Shown here piece after piece: positions 1 to 20,353 of a stretch of 64,000 bases of DNA. The notes below the pieces were generated by a model. The model ran no database searches, was not told the origin of the DNA, and worked only from the letters and a program-made list of their open reading frames with translations. Source of the DNA: the human T2T-CHM13v2.0 reference genome, Homo sapiens; the NCBI RefSeq assembly GCF_009914755.1, contig NC_060940.1; one strand, written 5' to 3'. The translations under genes were made by a program, and so were the position numbers. Positions within the stretch are counted from its first letter, which is position 1; each line of letters starts with the position of its first letter.

Positions 1-1875
1 CTTTCCTTTCTGTGCTCCTTCCAAGTTAAATTAAACCCCCTCTCCACGATTCCCACGGCAGGCGTCATTCCCGAGATGGGAGCCAGTCCAGGGGTCAGCA
101 GGAGCCAGCGCTGGGCACACGTGCCCTGGCTGAGGCCAGCGGCATCCTGGGTGGCCCAGGTCCATCCTGGGCAGCAAAGGCGTGTCCCCTTCTGTCAGAC
201 AGCTTCACAGAGTGTGGCTTCACCAGTCAGAGGGAGCAGTCCGGAGAGGCAAGATGACCCCACCGGGACTGCAGAGCCTCCTCCTTACTAACAAGGACCT
301 GTCCGCAGCCGCGAGGTCCTTCACTCCCACCCTGTAATTGTGGGGGGAGTGCCAGCAACAGGCCTGTCCCCTGGCAAGTTGGCCACGGAACCCACCATGC
401 ACTGCAAGGCTGTGACAGCCTGGGCACCCCTGCTTCTCCTCTGCTTGTACGGTTCCCCCAATAAATCCTATTTTCCATCTCACCGTGTGGAGCTGGTACT
501 TGTTCACATCCCTCTTGCAGCAACAGTTGGCCGCCGTGAAACCACACTCCGTCACATCTCCATGCCAGTGCCCAGGGGGAGACCCCTCCCCATGCCTGGG
601 CTGTTACAGTCACCTGGCCCAGACGTAACCTGGACCAAGAGTGGACGGAGACACCTGGGGTTGGGGCCTCTGGAAGGGCTGCTGAGGGGCCAGCTGCAGC
701 CTGTGGCCTCTCCCAGGCCCGGATATGGCAGGACATTTGCGTCGTGTTGCTGGAAGAGGCAGGATGCTCTGTTCTCGCCATTAGCCTGCGTTACGCCTAG
801 ACTCATCTGCATAAGCCTGGGCAAGTGGCACCCCTGGGCCAAGGGCAGACTTGCCCACCCGTCCATCCTTTGCCTATGGCAGAGGACACACAACACAGTG
901 GCTGCGCTTTGGGCACTGTTCTCGGCCCTGAAGCATCCTGCCCCGAGGCTGACCTAACTGCCCCCAGCTGGACTCATGGCCAAGGCTACAGACCCAGTAC
1001 TCCAATCCCGACTCCCACTGTGTGGTCCAAATGTGTACGCCCACAGGAGGCAGCCATGCCCGAGGAAGGTACTTGCTGAAAGATGGTCCAGTTCATGCCG
1101 CCACCAGCTGGACCTCTGATCAGGCCCCCTGCAGAAGGGGAAGCTCTCCACATGCCCAAGATACGAGAGAAACGCCCGGGTCACAGCAGCCTGAGTCACT
1201 GCAGCCTCTGCTACCTGCCAAGCCTGCGCCCTCCACCTGTGGGCTCCTTGCCTCTGTGATGGGGCCTCCACGGCCAGCATCTTCCCGCCATGGTCACATG
1301 ATGCCATGCCCTGCTCTGGGCACCCCTAAGCGGGTATGAGGCGAATCAGAGGAAGAATATCGGCTTCTCTTCCCTTTTGGATATTTGCGTCATTGACCGG
1401 GACTGGCCCACTCTTCCTCTGCCTCACGCCTGCTTTGACCTTAGAAGACAGACGGCAGCTCGCGTTGCTGGGCTGAGATTCTCCAATGGACGTGAATTTA
1501 GATGATGCTGTTGCCTTGGGTGGCTTCATGGCCACCAACCCGCACCCTGGTGGCCACTCAGCCATGACAAGGGCCTGACAGCCACTAAGTGAGCTTCAGA
1601 GCCTTCCCCTTGCAAAGTTCCAGGGCCACCAGATGTCGCCTGCCCAGTCACTGTCACAGAGTTAAAGCGTGCGGGTGAACGCTGGCCGCGGAGCGTGCAG
1701 CCCGGCAGCAGCTCAGCGGGGCAGCTCCTGCTTCCAGCCCTGCCTCTGCTGGTGCTTCGCCCACAAACCCTGCTGTATGACATTTGCACCACATGGTGTG
1801 TGTCCGTGCCCTTTGACATGACAGTGCCAACAACATCTCATGAAATTTAAAATAAATCCCCAAGGCATCAGAAAC
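1..1875 (+). other. FLYWCH1: Probable distal 3' UTR of FLYWCH1 with poly(A) signal AATAAA at 1851-1856
   Basis: Repeat-free non-coding stretch ending in AATAAA. Gene identity is inferred from the known order FLYWCH1-KREMEN2-PAQR4-PKMYT1 on 16p13.3; no coding sequence seen. Confidence 0.55.
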
Positions 1876-2385
1876 GTATCAACTAAGAACTCTAAGTTTG
1901 AAAATGGGGGTGGGGCAGTGGCCAGTTCCGGGAGCCCCTGGCCCCCCGGGACCTGACCCACAGTCATAAGGTGGGCCCCATTCCCCAGTGGTCCCAGCCT
2001 AGCCTCCTGTCCCACCTCCTCTGCCAAGACAGAGTGGCACAGGACCCCTGTCGCTCAGGCCAGCAGGTGTGTCTCTGAGCTGGCCGTGGGCACTGACCGC
2101 CCTCCCAGGTCCCCTCCAGTGCCAGCTCTTCTGGCTTCCCCTCCCAGCCCCCTTCGTGAGCGCCTTGATCCAGCCCAACCTTGGAGTGGGGGTTGGTGAT
2201 TTGGGGGCTGGACCTCAGCCCTCTTCTGCTCTGCCACTTTTGGGGTTCACGGTTTGTCAGCCCTCCCTTCTGCAAATGAGACCTGGACGTCATGTCCAGC
2301 TGCCTCCTGGGCCCTGCCCGGCATCTCCCATAAGCACCATGCAGCACAGGTGGCAGAGGGGATTGTCCTCCATCCTCTTGTCTGA

Positions 2386-3215
<830 letters not shown>

Positions 3216-3364
3216 CCTCTGTCTGTCTCCTTCCCTCGTGTGCTAAGGAGCTGATGGGGCCCCTTTCTCTAGAGTGTAATGCTGAGAGGATCTGGAGAAT
3301 CCGGGGAAGGCACTAGGACAGCAAAGGAGACCCTTTCCTGGGTCCCCGTATTCATAAACATTCC

Positions 3365-3577
3365 CATCCCTCAGCCCCTCACTCACGCAGGGCACTGCCA
3401 CTGGCAGGTGTGGCCACATCAGTCTCCAAGCCTGTCATCCCTCAGCCCCTCACACATGCAGGGCACGCCCACTGGCAGGTGTGACCACAGCAGTCTCCAA
3501 GCCTGTCATCCCTCAGCCCGGCACTCACGCAGGGCACAGCCACTGGCAGGCGTGCACAGCAGTCTCCAAGCCTGTCT
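3365..3577. repeat. Minisatellite, about 70-bp unit, about 3 copies
   Basis: Unit cctgtcatccctcagccc...gcagggcac...cactggcagg...cagtctccaag recurs at 3431, 3502 and 3571. Confidence 0.85.
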
Positions 3578-3694
3578 CCCGCCTGCATTGTCCCTCTGCC
3601 AAACCCGGCCCCATCACAGCTCAGCGAGAACAGGATGAGCTCAGCGCACACGCCAGCTCACACACCTGCCCAGGCACACTTTCCCCGGCCTCCT

Positions 3695-4310
<616 letters not shown>

Positions 4311-4799
4311 TAAAAGTGGAAATCGAAGCGCATAACACCTGCCCCAGGTGTACTCGCCCTGTTTTTCCCATCAGGTGCGACTACCTGGTTCAAGGACCAG
4401 AAGCCAGACGTACCCAAGGGGGTTCTCAGGAGACAGAGGGTATGAGAGTCCCTGGCCTCAGGCTGCTAGCACCAGCCACGGTTGCCTCCAGATACCCGTT
4501 CCACCGGCCCTCCAGCCACCTGCTCTGCTTCCCGGCCTGCGTGGCCAACAGAACACATCCGGCTGCCGAGGAAGGAGGCCAATCACCCCCTTCCCCATAC
4601 TGAAGCCCCAGAGGAATGGGCCCAGCTGGAGGCACTTAACCGTAGCCGGGGCCATTTTGTGCACAGGGCCTACCAGGCCCCCACTGACGAGGAGGGTGTT
4701 GGACCTGAGCGGGCTATCACTGCAGCCTTTGGGGGTCCACAACCTGCCTAATGAGCCTCGCCCCTCACCACCCCCCATCCTGCCAGCCCCTCTGCGCTC

Positions 4800-5350
4800 C
4801 AGCACACAATTGCTGCAGAACAAATCACTAGTAATTTATCATCTCGAAACAACACCCACTTACCTCATGGCTTCTGTGTGGCAGGAGTCCGGGGAGGGGA
4901 CTGCTGAACCTCTGCTCAGGGTCTCACAGGCTGCACTCAAGGTGTCAGCCAGGGCTGGGATCTCAACCGAGGCGCGAGGTCCCCTCCTGAGCGCATGTCG
5001 TTGTGTGCATAATCTTTCTCGCAGCTGTGGAGCCGATGGCCATATGCTTCTTTGGCATCAGGAGGGGGCGGCTCTGTGGCTTCCAGCCTCTTAAAGGGTG
5101 CACCTGAGCTAGCCAGGCTCGGCCAGATCAACCTCCCTTCTGATGAACGCCAAGTCACCTGATTAGAAACCCCGGTCACACCTGCAGAAATCCCGCCACT
5201 GCAACACCACGGGAGAAGTAGAAAGAAAAAAAGTAAAAAGTCCTTCCACCGGTGCCACAGAACAATCCAATCACAGGAGAGGTGGCCCATACTCCAGGGA
5301 GGGGGTCATGGAGCACAGAGACACCGAGGGGGGATCCTGGGGCCACCTCA
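4800..5350 (-). mobile_element. Probable MaLR (MLT1-type) LTR remnant
   Basis: Motifs such as cagggtctcacaggctgcactcaaggtgtcagccagggctg resemble MLT1 consensus as recalled; not aligned. Confidence 0.45.
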
Positions 5351-7719
5351 GAATCCCGCCGGCCACAGCTCCCAGCCCACCCCTCACTAATCACCAAACT
5401 CCCTCCCTGACCTGGGAGGCGGTGTTGGGGGCCCTCCTGTGGAAGTGCCTTGGCTCGGAGGGACCCCACTGGGCTGTGCCCTGCCAGCCATGTGGTTCCA
5501 GACAAGTCCCTGTGGGCCCCACCCTCCCCTGTACTGCCCAGTCTAAGGCAGGAAGCCTCGGGGGCTGTGTGGGGTGCCCAAATGGCCCTTCCTGGGGTCC
5601 TGAGAAGAGGCCTGCCTGGACCTCACAGATCTGCTGGGGAGGCGGGGGTCGTGGGAAGGCCCCGGGGGGCAGGCCAGGGACCAAGCCGTGTCCCCCGTGA
5701 GGCCCGAGGACAGCATGGGATGCCAGGACCCAGAGGCCCCCACCTGCTCGGTGCTGCCCAGCCCTCTCCTCACCTGTTCCGGCCCCCACCAGCCCCTGGC
5801 TTGCCTCCGAGGTGCCCATCCACCCCTGCGGGGGGGTGGGGGTGCCGCGCAGCAGGGAGGAGCGGCCTCTACTGTCTCCCTCGGTGTCTCCCGGAAAGAT
5901 CCCAAGCCCCAGGCCGGGGAGGGGCCGCTTCTGCCCAGTCCCTCCCTCCTCCACGCCTGACACCTGTGGGGCCAGTGCAGGAGCCCCACCTGTGTCTACA
6001 CCGCCCTCCCCTCCTGGATTCCCTGTCACTCCGGCAACAGGAACAGTTGTTCTGAGCACTTGTCATGTTCGAGGCAAATACTCCTCCTTTCTGTGAAGCA
6101 ATGTGGGGTGGGGGTCCTCCTTCTATCCAAAGCTGAGGGCCCTTCTAGTGCCCGTCAAGCCCTCGAGGTGGGGATGGCGGGGTAGGCAGCTAGGAGGGAC
6201 TAGGCCCCCCTGAGGGGGGCTTCCAGTCACCCCTCATTCAGACTGAGTGGAGACCAGCTGCGGCCTTCCTGGGGACAGGACACCCCCAGCCCTGCCAGCG
6301 AGTGAGCCCTCACCGGGCCTGCAGGCCTGAGGCAGGGGGAGCCGGGGAGCGGGGTGAGCCGCTGAAAGTCCGGGGGGTGGGCACTGCTTTTTAGACAGCA
6401 GCAGGTCAAAGTCAGGAGGGTGAGGGTGGCCAGGACTCTGAGGGCAATGAGGGTCCCCGGGACATGCGAAGCCCCGCATCTGCCATGGTGCTGGGGGAGG
6501 GGCCCGTGGAGGAGGGGGTGGGCGGGGTCGAGCAGGTGGCTCACCTCCTTGTTCCGCCTTCCAGGAACCAGGTCATGGTCGTCCTCACTTGCTGGGAAGG
6601 GCGGGACTGGCTCTGCTCGCCCCCACACCAGCCCCCAGACCAGCTAAGGCTCTTGGTCTCTCACCTTCCAGGGGTCCCGTGCCCCCACACCCTACTCAGG
6701 CCATGCACCACTGACCGGGCCTGGCCCTACCTGTGGACAGCCTCCCTCCCCAGGGTGCAGGAAGGGGCCTCTCTCCATGGAAAGTGAAGCCTCAACCTGA
6801 GCAGGAGGAACAGGAAGAAAGGGCTTGGCTCACCCGCCCCCAGCCCCTGGAGCTGCCCGTGTGGGCCCCTTCCTGCCCCTGTGCAACAACACAGTGAGCT
6901 GTTCGGACAGACAGGCAGACAGACAGACAGACAGACTCCTGCATTCAGAAAGAGCCCCAGCCCAGCCAGGGCAGGGCAGCTTCCAGCAACTCTTGCAGAC
7001 ATTTTGGAGGCCAAGGCCGCTAGCGCCCCAGCAGCCATTCCGAGCCGACTGGCCTGGGGCCCAAATGAAGCCAGCCAGCCCTGGGCACTCCCGGGCCCTG
7101 CCAGCCTTGGGGTCCTCATCTGAGAAGGGCGGGTCCTGCAGGCCAAGCCACTGGGGTGACAGCCAGTCATCCAGCATCCCCATGGGAAAACCCCTTCAAA
7201 TCCACCCAGGAGCTCAAGGGCTGAGTTGAACTCTGAGTTTCCAAATCAGGGCCCCTCCCTGGCTCTGCCCACGCTGGTGACCAGAGCATCTAGGACAAGC
7301 CGGCAGCAAGTGACCCCATCCCACCGAAATAAGCCTGGCTTTGGTCATCTCGCCCCCTGCTGTGTCCCACTGTCACCCATTCCTCAGGTGGTGGGGGAGG
7401 CGCAGAGGAACCAGGCAGCTAAGGAGGCAATGGCGGGCGGGGCAGACAGCAGGCTGGAGGGGTAGAGATCAAGGAATGCTTCTCAGAGGAGGCAGCTCTG
7501 AGCTCCGCAGCACAAATTTATTAAGTGAAGATGTAGGGAGAAGCACATCAGGCTGAGGGAACCGCAGTACAGCAGCCCAGAGCGGAGAAAGGACCGGACC
7601 TGGAAAACCAGGAGGAGATCATGCTGGGGTGTGGGGAATGTGGTGGGGGTGAGGTCACGGAGGGAGGCATGAGCCAGCCCAGGCAGCACCTTGAAGTGTT
7701 CTGAGAGCTTCCAGAGCAT

Positions 7720-8008
<289 letters not shown>

Positions 8009-8229
8009 AGTTTCCAGAGGATTCTTATCGGACCAGAGACACAATCTGATTTAATGTTTAATGACTCTCCAGTCATGTATCTGATAGTTCAGTGTTTAAT
8101 TACCAGAGAAAAGACTGGTTGCTGGCAAGGATGGCAAAGGGTGAGTGTGAGGAGTTAGACGTCAATCGGGTGAGCAGTTGTCCAGGCAAGAGCAGGAGGT
8201 TCCAGCCAGGGTGTAAAAGAGACCAGAGA

Positions 8230-10055
<1,826 letters not shown>

Positions 10056-10191
10056 TCAGTCATTCAGAGATTTGTGCCGAGACTTCCGGTTGGCAGGCAC
10101 CTTCCACCAGGTCACTCGGGGATCCAGCTCCCTCCACCCTCCCCAAGGTATCCCCTCCGCTCAGTTGGTGAATGGAGAAGAGAGAAGCTGA

Positions 10192-11109
<918 letters not shown>

Positions 11110-11696
11110 TGAGTACTGAGAGATGCCACTCCTGCTATTCCCCCGCTAGCCACACCTCATGTAGGGGAAGTGGGGAAATGAGTCTAGCGTTTGTGCAGGA
11201 GCTGGAGGAACTGGGATCAGTAAACACAGGTAGGGAGTGCAGCTAGGAAGCAGGCAGGAGGAACACAGCTGTCCCAGGAAGGGGGACAGGACAAAGTATC
11301 ATTGCTGCTGAGGATGGGTGAGGTCACAACTGGGACTTGCAGCCCCTCAGCAGGGGCCTCTTTCTGAACCCCTGGGAAGGCCCCGAAAGATCCCCCAGGG
11401 CTGCTCTCAGGGTCTCAGAGGGGCCCACGAACCCCTACCCCACCCATTCCTCATCCAGCTGTCACCCAGGAGAGGTGGTCCACTGACCCACCGCCCTCCT
11501 GAAGACAGAGTGTGGAGGTGAGGCCTGGCCTGGTTCATCTCTCCCAGGGCCTCCCCAGCGGCCTCCAGGGGGACCCCCTGCCCACAGATTTCTGGGGCTT
11601 CCTTTTGCCTTGGTGGCCCTGATGTGCCTCTGCCATGAGGAGTGGGCCCCAGGTGGAACACTGTCACCACCAGAGAGATGAGAAAAAGGAAGGAAG

Positions 11697-12453
<757 letters not shown>

Positions 12454-13899
12454 TCACCTTCTCCCTACTTGGGCAGGGCAAATCCTGTGTTCCATGTCCC
12501 ATAGGAGAGAAATGCCAGGCTGGCCCCTGGGTTGCTTCTGCACCTACCTCTTTGGCTCCTTTCTCTCTGCCGCCCCCATGTGGCCAATCTGCACCTGTGC
12601 ATCTGCTTCCCTCAGAGATGACATGCCAAGCCTGTCAGGCCCTAGGGACCCCAGGCCGACCCCTGCCCCAGTCTGGCCTCAGTCTCCCTGTCTGTGAAAT
12701 GGGCTGCTGGAGATCCTGCTTCCAAAGTGTCAGCTGGCGGCAACGACATTCGAGGGGTGAGGAGCCCCTCAGAGCATGTGAGAGAGTATCTCTGTGTGCC
12801 CAGAGGTCCCTGAAGAATCAGAGACCCTGGAAGCGACATGGAGGCATGAATCAGCGCCCAGCCCCTGGATCAGACCAGGCGGAGCTTGAAGCCCAGTTCC
12901 AACGCTTAATAGCTGGTGACGCCCACGAGTCACCCAGTTACCACCTCTGCGCCCCATCTGCAGAATGGGGAGATGAGCCTGTCCCCTCTCGCAGGGCGTC
13001 AGGAGGGCTGACATGCCGCTGCTTGCAGAGCCCTGAGTGCCAAATGCTGGGGAAGTGGTGGGGGGTGGGCTTCTTAGTTCTGGAAGTTTCCGTGAGTGAC
13101 CTGAGACTGAAGTTTGCCGCAGGGATACTCCACCCCACTCCATCTCAGTGCCCCAGCCTCAGCACTGAGCACCCACTTCCTCTCACCCCCTGCCCCCTCT
13201 GGAGGAGACAGGCCTGGGCCAACCGAACCGGGTGTCACAGTGCCAGGGACAGAGGGACGGTTCTTTCAGACCCTACTCTCTCAAGGGAAGGGGCTGATTC
13301 CTCCACCAGCGTCCCAAGCCGGCCCCCTTTCCGCACAGAGTCCTTAATTGTCCCTGTCGCCACCTTGCCCCATCCTCAGATGGCTGTGGCTGTGGGGGTG
13401 AAGCTCCCCACGCACCGCCATTGTGCAGGCCTGCCCCTAGGACATCCTCTGTGGACTGGAGCCCGGGAGGACTTCACTGAGCCCCCGCCAAGAGAAACCG
13501 GGCAGACAGGTGGTCCCGGATGCTCCCTCGTCGGGAAGCGCAGTTGGGTTCCAGGGAGCCCGTGGGTGCTGGAGGCCCCAGCTCAGGGCTCAGTGAGCCG
13601 GGCCAGCCTGGCCTCTGAGAGGGCTCCCGGAGGAGGCGACCAGGACCCTGGCCTAGAGTCTCAGCAAGTCCATCTCCTTCAAATGCCCCCACCTCGGCTC
13701 CACGCCCCTCCTCCAGAGCACACTCGCGTGAGGCGCCAGCTGGAAGATCCTCGCGGGTCCCAGCACCGCAGTGGGTGCCTGGGCCTGACAGAACCTCCCT
13801 GAACCCCATCTTTCTTCTCCATCGACACCGGGGCAGAGACGGTGTGGGGGCTGCAGGGCGGGGACTGGTCGGCCTGGGCTCGACAGCTTGGCGAGGGCC

Positions 13900-15199
13900 T
13901 GGTGCGGGCTGGGCAGGCTGGACTGAGGGGCAAAGAGGTCTGGGCGGGGCGGGGCCGCTCTGGGCGCCCGGCCCCCACCAGTTCCTTCCCCCGGCCCCCG
14001 CCTCCGCCCTCCCACGCACCTGCGCTGGCCTCCCCCCAAGCCCTGGGGGCAGCGGGCGGGTGGCGCTGGGAGATCAGAGGACTCGGAGGAGTCGGGCCCA
14101 GGGGGAGGGGGCGGGGAATTTCCCCCCACGCCTGCCTGGGCCTGCTCCCCTCCCCCTCCCCCGCCAGGTGGGGGGCACGGCTGGGGGAATTCCACTGCAG
14201 TGTGAAGGCTCGGGAGAGTCTGGGCTGGGGGTCCCAGGGAAGGGCGGGGCAGGGGGAGGAGGAGGGGACAGACTGGGACCTGGGGCGCAGCTGCCTTTCT
14301 CCCCAGACACCAGCTGCCCCTGCCTGTCCCGGACTGAGCGTCCACGACTCCCGCCTGTCTCGTGGGCGCGGGGGCAGGGAGTGGAGCTTCCTCCGTCAGG
14401 CCAGCGGCATCTGGACCAGGGGCGGGAGGGGCGTGCGGATCCGAAGAAAGTGTGCGCGTGAGCGCCTGGCAATGAATGGGAGAGAGTGCGAGCGCGTGCG
14501 TGCACTGGGAGGAGGGCGCTTGTAACTCGGACATTCCGGGTGTCCTGGGGCGCGTGCGACCACGTGAGGGGGTTCTGTATCTCCCATTTTAAGGGCCTTC
14601 CGTCCGCTTGCCCCGCCTGTCCCCCTCCACACCTTCCCACTTGAACCGGCACCGACCTGAGGGAGAGGGGGCCGGGAAGCGCTGGACGCCCGGGGTCGGG
14701 GGAACGGGCGTGGGAGGCGTCTGGACCTGCTGCCTCCGCTCCAGTGCTGGGCGGGGCTTCCCGGCCTCCCATGGGGGGAGGGAGAGACCCAGGGGGAGGG
14801 ACCCACGGAGGGATGCGAGGCGGGCAGGAGTCAGCCCGTTGGAGACCTGGGCGAGGGAGACGCCGAGAGCTAGGCTCAGTGGGAGGGGGCGGGCGTAGAG
14901 GCTGAGGCACCGCCCAGAGCTCGCTGAGACAGAGACTGAGAACGCCCCCGGCCAGATTCCCCCCGGAGAGACCCGGGTAGGGACAGGGACAGAGAGACGC
15001 CTCTAGGGGCAGAGGCCCTGGGAGGCAAAGACCCCCAGGAGAGATTTACCCACCCCAGACGGAAAGCGCGGCTCAGAGTCGGACGAGGGGAGACTGTCAG
15101 AGGACAACGCCCCCTAGGTCTCCTGGGAGACCCCGAAGCGACCCCGGGGGCAGCCCGGGCCGTGTCCGGGCGAGGGTGACCTATCCTTGGTTGAGAGCG
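13900..15199 (+). promoter_or_regulatory. CpG-island promoter and 5' UTR of KREMEN2
   Basis: High CpG density, many GGGCGG boxes and an E-box CACGTG at 14561-14566, directly upstream of the ATG. Confidence 0.7.
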
Positions 15200-18699
<3,500 letters not shown>

Positions 18700-19038
18700 C
18701 TCTGGGCCCCGAGGGTCCGCTGGGCCCGCCGCCGGCGAGATGGACACCTGAGATGCTGTGCTGCGCCCTGCCTCGGCCTTGCGCCTGTGTAGGGGCAGCT
18801 CGGCCTCTGGTCGCCTTGGGGAGACCAAAAGTCGGACAGGAAACATCTGGTGCTATTATCTGGGACTTGGCCTGACCGTGGGGGTCCAGATGGTCCAGGC
18901 CCTCTCCATGGACCTGTATGTGGGGGTGGTCTCTGGTTTCGGAGGTCTTTGAACCCCTCTGGGGGTGGTCCTGGACTGCCGTCCTCAGTGAGAGGTCACA
19001 GGTCAGCAAAAACAGTCAAAAAACCCCCACAGATTTTG

Positions 19039-19044
19039 AATAAA
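19039..19044 (+). terminator. KREMEN2 poly(A) signal AATAAA
   Basis: First canonical hexamer, 340 nt after the stop codon. Confidence 0.8.
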
Positions 19045-19399
19045 GGATCTACTTTGGTACGGGCCTCGAAAGTTCTTCCGTGGTGGGAGGAGCATGTTAA
19101 TGACCATACAAACGCCGAGGGTTGCGTGTGTCCATGCAAATGAAGGGCGTTGCACGCAGACTTTGGTGGAGCTGCCTGGAATGCAGAGAAGGACCTAGAA
19201 CACAGACAGATGGGTGGGTGGGTGGAGTCCTGTAGAAGGCGGGGGGTGGAAGGGGAGGAGGATCGTGGGCAGCGTTATGCTGAATAAGGGGTGCCTTCCC
19301 GGTCCCTGCTCAGGGTGGACGGGGCGGAGGTCGACTTTGCTCCCCTGGCCTCCAATCTGTTTCCTGTCTATCCTCGGTAGGGCCCCGCAAGGGTGCTCC

Positions 19400-20353
19400 T
19401 TGTGGGCGATAACTGGGAGCAAGTTGGGCCGGGCCCACGCTCCGAGAAGCCTAGCGCGAAGGATAGGGCCTCTCCCGACGGCTGCGGGCGCGTGAGGCAC
19501 GCCTTCAGAGGCCTGGGTACCGTGGAGCGCCTTGCTGCACTCGGGAGTCCAGCCTGCGGAAAGATCACTTTGGAGCGGGGGCGTACCGGATGTAGGCCGG
19601 ACCCGTCCGGCAGCACCTTGGACAGAGCCCCGTCTGCAGGGTAGGGCTAGGTGGCAGGACTATGCCCCCGAGGGTGGGTGCCCAAAGGTACGGAGACCTG
19701 GGTGTCACGCGGAAAGCCCGGATGCACAGTTCTGAGGGACGCGAGGTGCCAGGGTCACTCTAGCGCAGCCCGCAGGACCCAGAACGTTGGGTCGCAAGCC
19801 CACAGCCACCCCATGCAAATGAGGCTGGGAGCGCGCACACTATGCTAGGAGGCGAGGCCTGGGCGGCCTCGGGGCGGAGCCTCCCCGCCGGCCACGCCCA
19901 TTGGCTCTCGCTGCGCCGACGTCAGGAGCCCGGCGCGCGAAACGCTGGCCGGCCGGCGGGAACTAGGAGCCTGGGCGGAGCCTGGCGTCCCCTCCCGCGT
20001 CCGGCCGCGCCCGTCCTCCTGGCTGCAGAGAGACTACCGGCCACCGCCGCCGCCGCCGCCGCGAGCTGTCCCTGCGGCGCGTCTGCCTTGGCGGAGCCGA
20101 CCGCAGTGCGCTCAGGCGTCCGGTGCGTCCCCAGCCTCCGCCCCGGCGCGGGGGCGACGGACTCGCGCGTGCGCAGCGCCGGAGGGGCGCGGGCTGGGAC
20201 CCCCTAGCCAGCGCGTGCGCCGATCGAGCGCAGGGCGATGGGTGGGCGCCGGGCGCCGGGCGCCAGGCAGTGATGGGCCTTCCCGCGCTGCGGCCCCACT
20301 GAGGAGGAGGCTCGGGGACAGCAGGAGCACGGGCTGCCCGCGCGGTGCGGACC
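19400..20353 (+). promoter_or_regulatory. CpG-island promoter and 5' UTR of PAQR4
   Basis: Octamer ATGCAAAT 19813-19820, GC boxes, GCCACGCCC, inverted CCAAT 19900-19904, CRE-like GACGTCA 19918-19924. Confidence 0.7.

Noticed and set aside
4316-4760. Overlapping ORFs with a protein-like stretch (EAPEEWAQLEALNR)
   Set aside because: No family recognised; adjoins an LTR-like remnant and has no clear exon structure.
12552-13802. 416-aa + strand ORF upstream of KREMEN2
   Set aside because: Non-ATG start, no recognisable domain or consistent composition; expected by chance in GC-rich DNA.
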